Source: an uncultured Acidimicrobiaceae bacterium (GTDB taxonomy: Bacteria; Actinomycetota; Acidimicrobiia; Acidimicrobiales; Palsa-688). From it: a DNA stretch of 64,000 nt. Below are positions 61,075 to 64,000 of this stretch, one piece after another. Position 1 is the first letter of the stretch. Every line of letters begins with the position of its first letter. Where the stretch lies: assembly GCA_964481925.1 (NCBI GenBank), contig CAYZVQ010000002.1, positions 3,867-67,866 on the forward strand, given 5' to 3'. The notes beneath the pieces are model-generated. The model saw only the letters and a program-made list of their open reading frames with translations. It had not been told where the DNA came from and did not search any database. The position numbers and the translations under genes are program-made.

Positions 61075-63993
61075 TTAGCTCTGCGAGCGCTCTTCGGCGA
61101 AGCCGATGGCGGCGATGCCGGCCCAGTAGATGGGGGCGGCGTCGGGGTCGCCATCTCGCCATGCGCCGAGCTGGCGGAGCTGAACCTTACGCCATGCCGA
61201 AGCCGTGTCCTCGTCGCCAGTCAAGCACGCCAGACAGTCCAGGGCGAGCCGGTATGTGGGGGTGGCCCACACCAGGTTCCACAAGGCGGCCAGGACCACA
61301 GTGGCACCGGCGTAAATGGCGGCCGGGGCCAAGCCCAACCACTCCGGGCCGGCCTGACGTGCTCCCCCGCAGGCGACCAGGGCCACTCGTTCGGCCATCG
61401 GCCAGGGCGGCCGGTCGCGGTAGACCCGCCGGGCGGGGACCAGCGCGTCGCCGGGGCCCGTGCCGGATAGGACTAAAGAGATCTCGGACGACGGTCTCCC
61501 CCTCTCCCAGGAGATGTGGCCCAAGTAGACAAGCGCTTTGGGACGTGGCTCGGAGAGCTCCTGGCGCAGCTCCTCCGAAGAGGCGAGGCCGGCCCGGTCA
61601 CCCGGCCGGGGGGGACCTGACAGGTGAGCACGCCGGGTGAGAACCCGCCTCGCGCCCGCCCGGGACAAGTCCTGGAGCACCTCGTCGAAGGCGGGAAAAT
61701 CGGTCCCGTAGTTGGGGTCAAAAAGGAGGCCTCCTCCCGGGTCGACGACGGCCACCGTACCGTCACCCGGAGCTCGAGGGCGGGCGCGGCGAGCTTCCGC
61801 CAGCAGTCCCAGCGAGGCCGCCAAGCGCAGCTGAGCCCGCTCCACCACCCGGGTGCCGGCCTGGTCTATAGCCAGCCAGCCCAGTGGCACCGCGGCAATC
61901 TCGGGAGCGGGGGCTACCGCCAAGGACAGGGGATTGTCTGCCGAAGCGGTGGCGAGCAGCCGGACCAGGGGATCGGGGAGCAGGAGCGAGCCCAAGCGCC
62001 GGGCCAGGTCGGTCTCGGAGGCCGGGTCGACGAGACAGCTCTCCGCCATGCGGGCCGAGTAGGCATCCCCGCTCTCGCCGCTGGTCTTTTCGGGGAGGCT
62101 CCGAGCCAGCTCGGCCAGGACGGGCTCCAGGTCCAGCATGGGGACGCGCTCGGCAAACAAGCTTCCGTCGTGGCCGAACAAGAACCAGTAGAGTTGGTCG
62201 CCCACCACCCAGCTACCCCACCACCACCATGCGGGCCCGGCCGCGGCCTGCGCCACTTCGGCCACGCCTAACGCCTCGGCCAGGTCCGACAGGCCGACCG
62301 ACTCGGCTAGGGACGGCCGACCGCGGGCGAGCCGAACGCCGTGGGGCGGGCAGAGCGCCTCCTCTTCGCCCAAAGCAACGTCGACGGCGGACCCTGAGAG
62401 CACCGACGGCTCAAACTTGGCGTCCTTGAGCACAGTGGGCCCTCCCAGCGTCCCGTCGGGATCGGGGACCATGCCCGCCAGGTAAACCTCCAGCGCCCTT
62501 TCCCCCTTGTCCGATAGCTCCCGGGTGGGGACGCCCTGTACACGGGCCGCCTCGACCAGGATGGCCACCCTCTCCCGGTCGCCGACCTCGAGCGCCAACG
62601 AAAGTGCTCGCTCGAGGCTTTCGGTGTGCTGGGCGAGCCAGCGCCGCCGGTCGTCCGGACGCGCCAGGCGGTAACGGAGCTGGTCGAAGCCCACGGCGGA
62701 ACGGATGGCATGGGTCAGAGCTTCGTCCCGGTGCCCCTGAATGAGGGCAATCCCGACCAGGGCCTCCTCTCCGTCGGCCGCATCTTCTTCTCGACCGCTC
62801 TCCTTGAACCAACGACGTCCGGCCTCGTAGTGCCCTTGGGCTTCTTCGTAGGCGCCCAGGGAAAGGGCGACCAGCCCGAGGCGTTGTTCACAGATGGCGA
62901 CTTCTTCGTCCCGACCGTGGTCCCGGTACCAGCGGCGTGCCGCCTCTAGATGCAGCCTCGCTTCCTCGTGGGCATCGACCGCGATCGCGACCAGGCCCAG
63001 CCCGCGCTCACAGCTCGCCACACCCTCGCCGCGGCCCTGGTCCTGGTACCAGCGAAGCGCCGTCTGGTATCGCTGACGGGCTTCGTCGTAGGACTTGGTC
63101 ATGAGGGCGACAGAGCCGAGGTATTGCCCGGAGCGTGCCGCCTCCTGGTCCAGCCCGTTTTCCCGGTACCGACGCGACGCCGCCTCTAGGTGCCGCCTCG
63201 CCTCATCGTAGGCACCCGCTCCGAAGGCGACCGTGCCCAGTCCTTCCTCGCATTCCGCGATCCGCTCTTCCGGCCCGTGGTCCATGTACCAGTCGAGCGC
63301 CGTCCCGTAGCACTGGCGGGCCTCGTCGAAGGCTCCCACTCGGAAGGCACCCCGGCCCAGGTACCACAAACAGCGGGTGGCATCCTCTTCCGGCCCGTGG
63401 GCGCGGTACCAGCTGAGCGCGACTTCGTGGTGGTGCCGAGCCTCGTCGTAGGCTCCCGCGTCCAGCTCGACGGCGCCGAGGTATTGCGCGCTACGGGCGG
63501 CTTGCTCCTGGCGATCATTATCCCGGTACCAGCGCAGCGCCGCCTCGTGGAGATGTCGGGCTTCGTCGTAGGAGTTGGTGTTGTACGCGAGCCGGCCCAG
63601 CACCTGCCAGCACTGAGCGACGTCGTCTTCCCGGCCTTTTTCCCCGTACCAACGAAGTAACACCTGGTACCGGGCCCGGGCCTCTTCGTAATCACCCAAG
63701 CCGTAAGCGACTAGACCCAGGCCTCTCTCGCAGAAGGCCACCTCCTCCTCGGGCCCGTTGTCCCTGTACCAGCGCAGCGCGGCCTCGAAATACCCCCGTG
63801 CCTCGTCGTAGGACCGACGAGCCAGGGCAACCTCTCCCAGGTGGTACCGGGCGGCGGCCGCTCTTTGCTTCAGGGTGGCCAAACCGTGGAAGCGTCTCGA
63901 GCGGCCGCCGGTCCGTCCGCCGTCAGGCGATGCCGGGCTTTGCCCGCGTTTACGCACCGCCCGGTCCGGCCGGCTCAGATTGAACGTGGCCAC
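61075..63993 (-). CDS. TPR-repeat - CHAT (caspase-like) protease domain protein
   Basis: N-terminal half has about 14 units of roughly 40 aa (Y[DE]EAR..[YL]..AL.WYR..G.....A.C...LG.VA). C-terminal CHAT features ALVYLGHISW (His) and VALVACGGARQAG (Cys). The GTG start at 63993 lies 7 nt from the window end, so the gene may extend beyond it. Confidence 0.8.
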   Translation of the reverse strand: MATFNLSRPDRAVRKRGQSPASPDGGRTGGRSRRFHGLATLKQRAAAARYHLGEVALARRSYDEARGYFEAALRWYRDNGPEEEVAFCERGLGLVAYGLGDYEEARARYQVLLRWYGEKGREDDVAQCWQVLGRLAYNTNSYDEARHLHEAALRWYRDNDRQEQAARSAQYLGAVELDAGAYDEARHHHEVALSWYRAHGPEEDATRCLWYLGRGAFRVGAFDEARQCYGTALDWYMDHGPEERIAECEEGLGTVAFGAGAYDEARRHLEAASRRYRENGLDQEAARSGQYLGSVALMTKSYDEARQRYQTALRWYQDQGRGEGVASCERGLGLVAIAVDAHEEARLHLEAARRWYRDHGRDEEVAICEQRLGLVALSLGAYEEAQGHYEAGRRWFKESGREEDAADGEEALVGIALIQGHRDEALTHAIRSAVGFDQLRYRLARPDDRRRWLAQHTESLERALSLALEVGDRERVAILVEAARVQGVPTRELSDKGERALEVYLAGMVPDPDGTLGGPTVLKDAKFEPSVLSGSAVDVALGEEEALCPPHGVRLARGRPSLAESVGLSDLAEALGVAEVAQAAAGPAWWWWGSWVVGDQLYWFLFGHDGSLFAERVPMLDLEPVLAELARSLPEKTSGESGDAYSARMAESCLVDPASETDLARRLGSLLLPDPLVRLLATASADNPLSLAVAPAPEIAAVPLGWLAIDQAGTRVVERAQLRLAASLGLLAEARRARPRAPGDGTVAVVDPGGGLLFDPNYGTDFPAFDEVLQDLSRAGARRVLTRRAHLSGPPRPGDRAGLASSEELRQELSEPRPKALVYLGHISWERGRPSSEISLVLSGTGPGDALVPARRVYRDRPPWPMAERVALVACGGARQAGPEWLGLAPAAIYAGATVVLAALWNLVWATPTYRLALDCLACLTGDEDTASAWRKVQLRQLGAWRDGDPDAAPIYWAGIAAIGFAEERSQS
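62800..63900 (-). repeat. 120-bp periodic coding repeats (TPR units)
   Basis: The GTACCAGC-type motif (W-Y codons on the minus strand) recurs near 62927, 63045, 63165, 63285, 63405, 63525, 63645 and 63765, a spacing of about 120 bp. Confidence 0.8.
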
Positions 63994-64000
63994 CCCGAAA

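Overview
GC-rich bacterial chromosomal window (roughly two-thirds G+C by eye, not computed). It has many GTG/TTG starts and ATGA/GTGA stop-start overlaps. Gene content is reminiscent of Actinomycetota, but taxon is unverified. No rRNA, canonical tRNA or CRISPR array was found.

Left third (about 0-21.4 kb), core-like catabolic DNA:
- a PadR operon and a Tat-exported esterase
- a LivJ/G/F/H/M-type ABC importer
- pcaF-pcaI, transcribed divergently from pcaJ
- a CoxE-like VWA protein and an IclR regulator
- an operon for two-subunit hydroquinone dioxygenase, aldehyde dehydrogenase, maleylacetate reductase, a MoxR ATPase and hydroxyquinol 1,2-dioxygenase

A 17-bp palindrome (TGTTCGC-N3-GCGAACA) recurs in the three relevant promoter regions.

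Right two thirds (about 21.4-64 kb), accessory or conflict-type DNA:
- gene fragments: IS630-like, DUF4143 ATPase, LuxR, clpC C-terminus, a frameshifted rve transposase, a truncated serine recombinase, and a decayed murL/murD2-like copy
- a TIR-STAND-TM-WD40 giant protein built from 120-bp near-identical repeats
- a GH130-GT4-GH130 cluster
- an intact murD2/murL-like pair
- a transglutaminase-STAND-TPR protein
- a TPR-CHAT protein

Most notable is a tightly coupled nine-gene operon at 41861-53964. It encodes:
- a small Gly-terminated protein and a JAB-E1 fusion
- three small or membrane proteins
- a Clp-D2-type AAA+ ATPase
- a 1624-aa single-chain fusion of RNA polymerase beta-like and beta-prime-like modules, with catalytic motifs intact
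- a sigma54-like protein and a bEBP-like AAA+ activator

I could not place this combination in any system I know. That is not database-verified, and all family calls are from motif recognition by eye.
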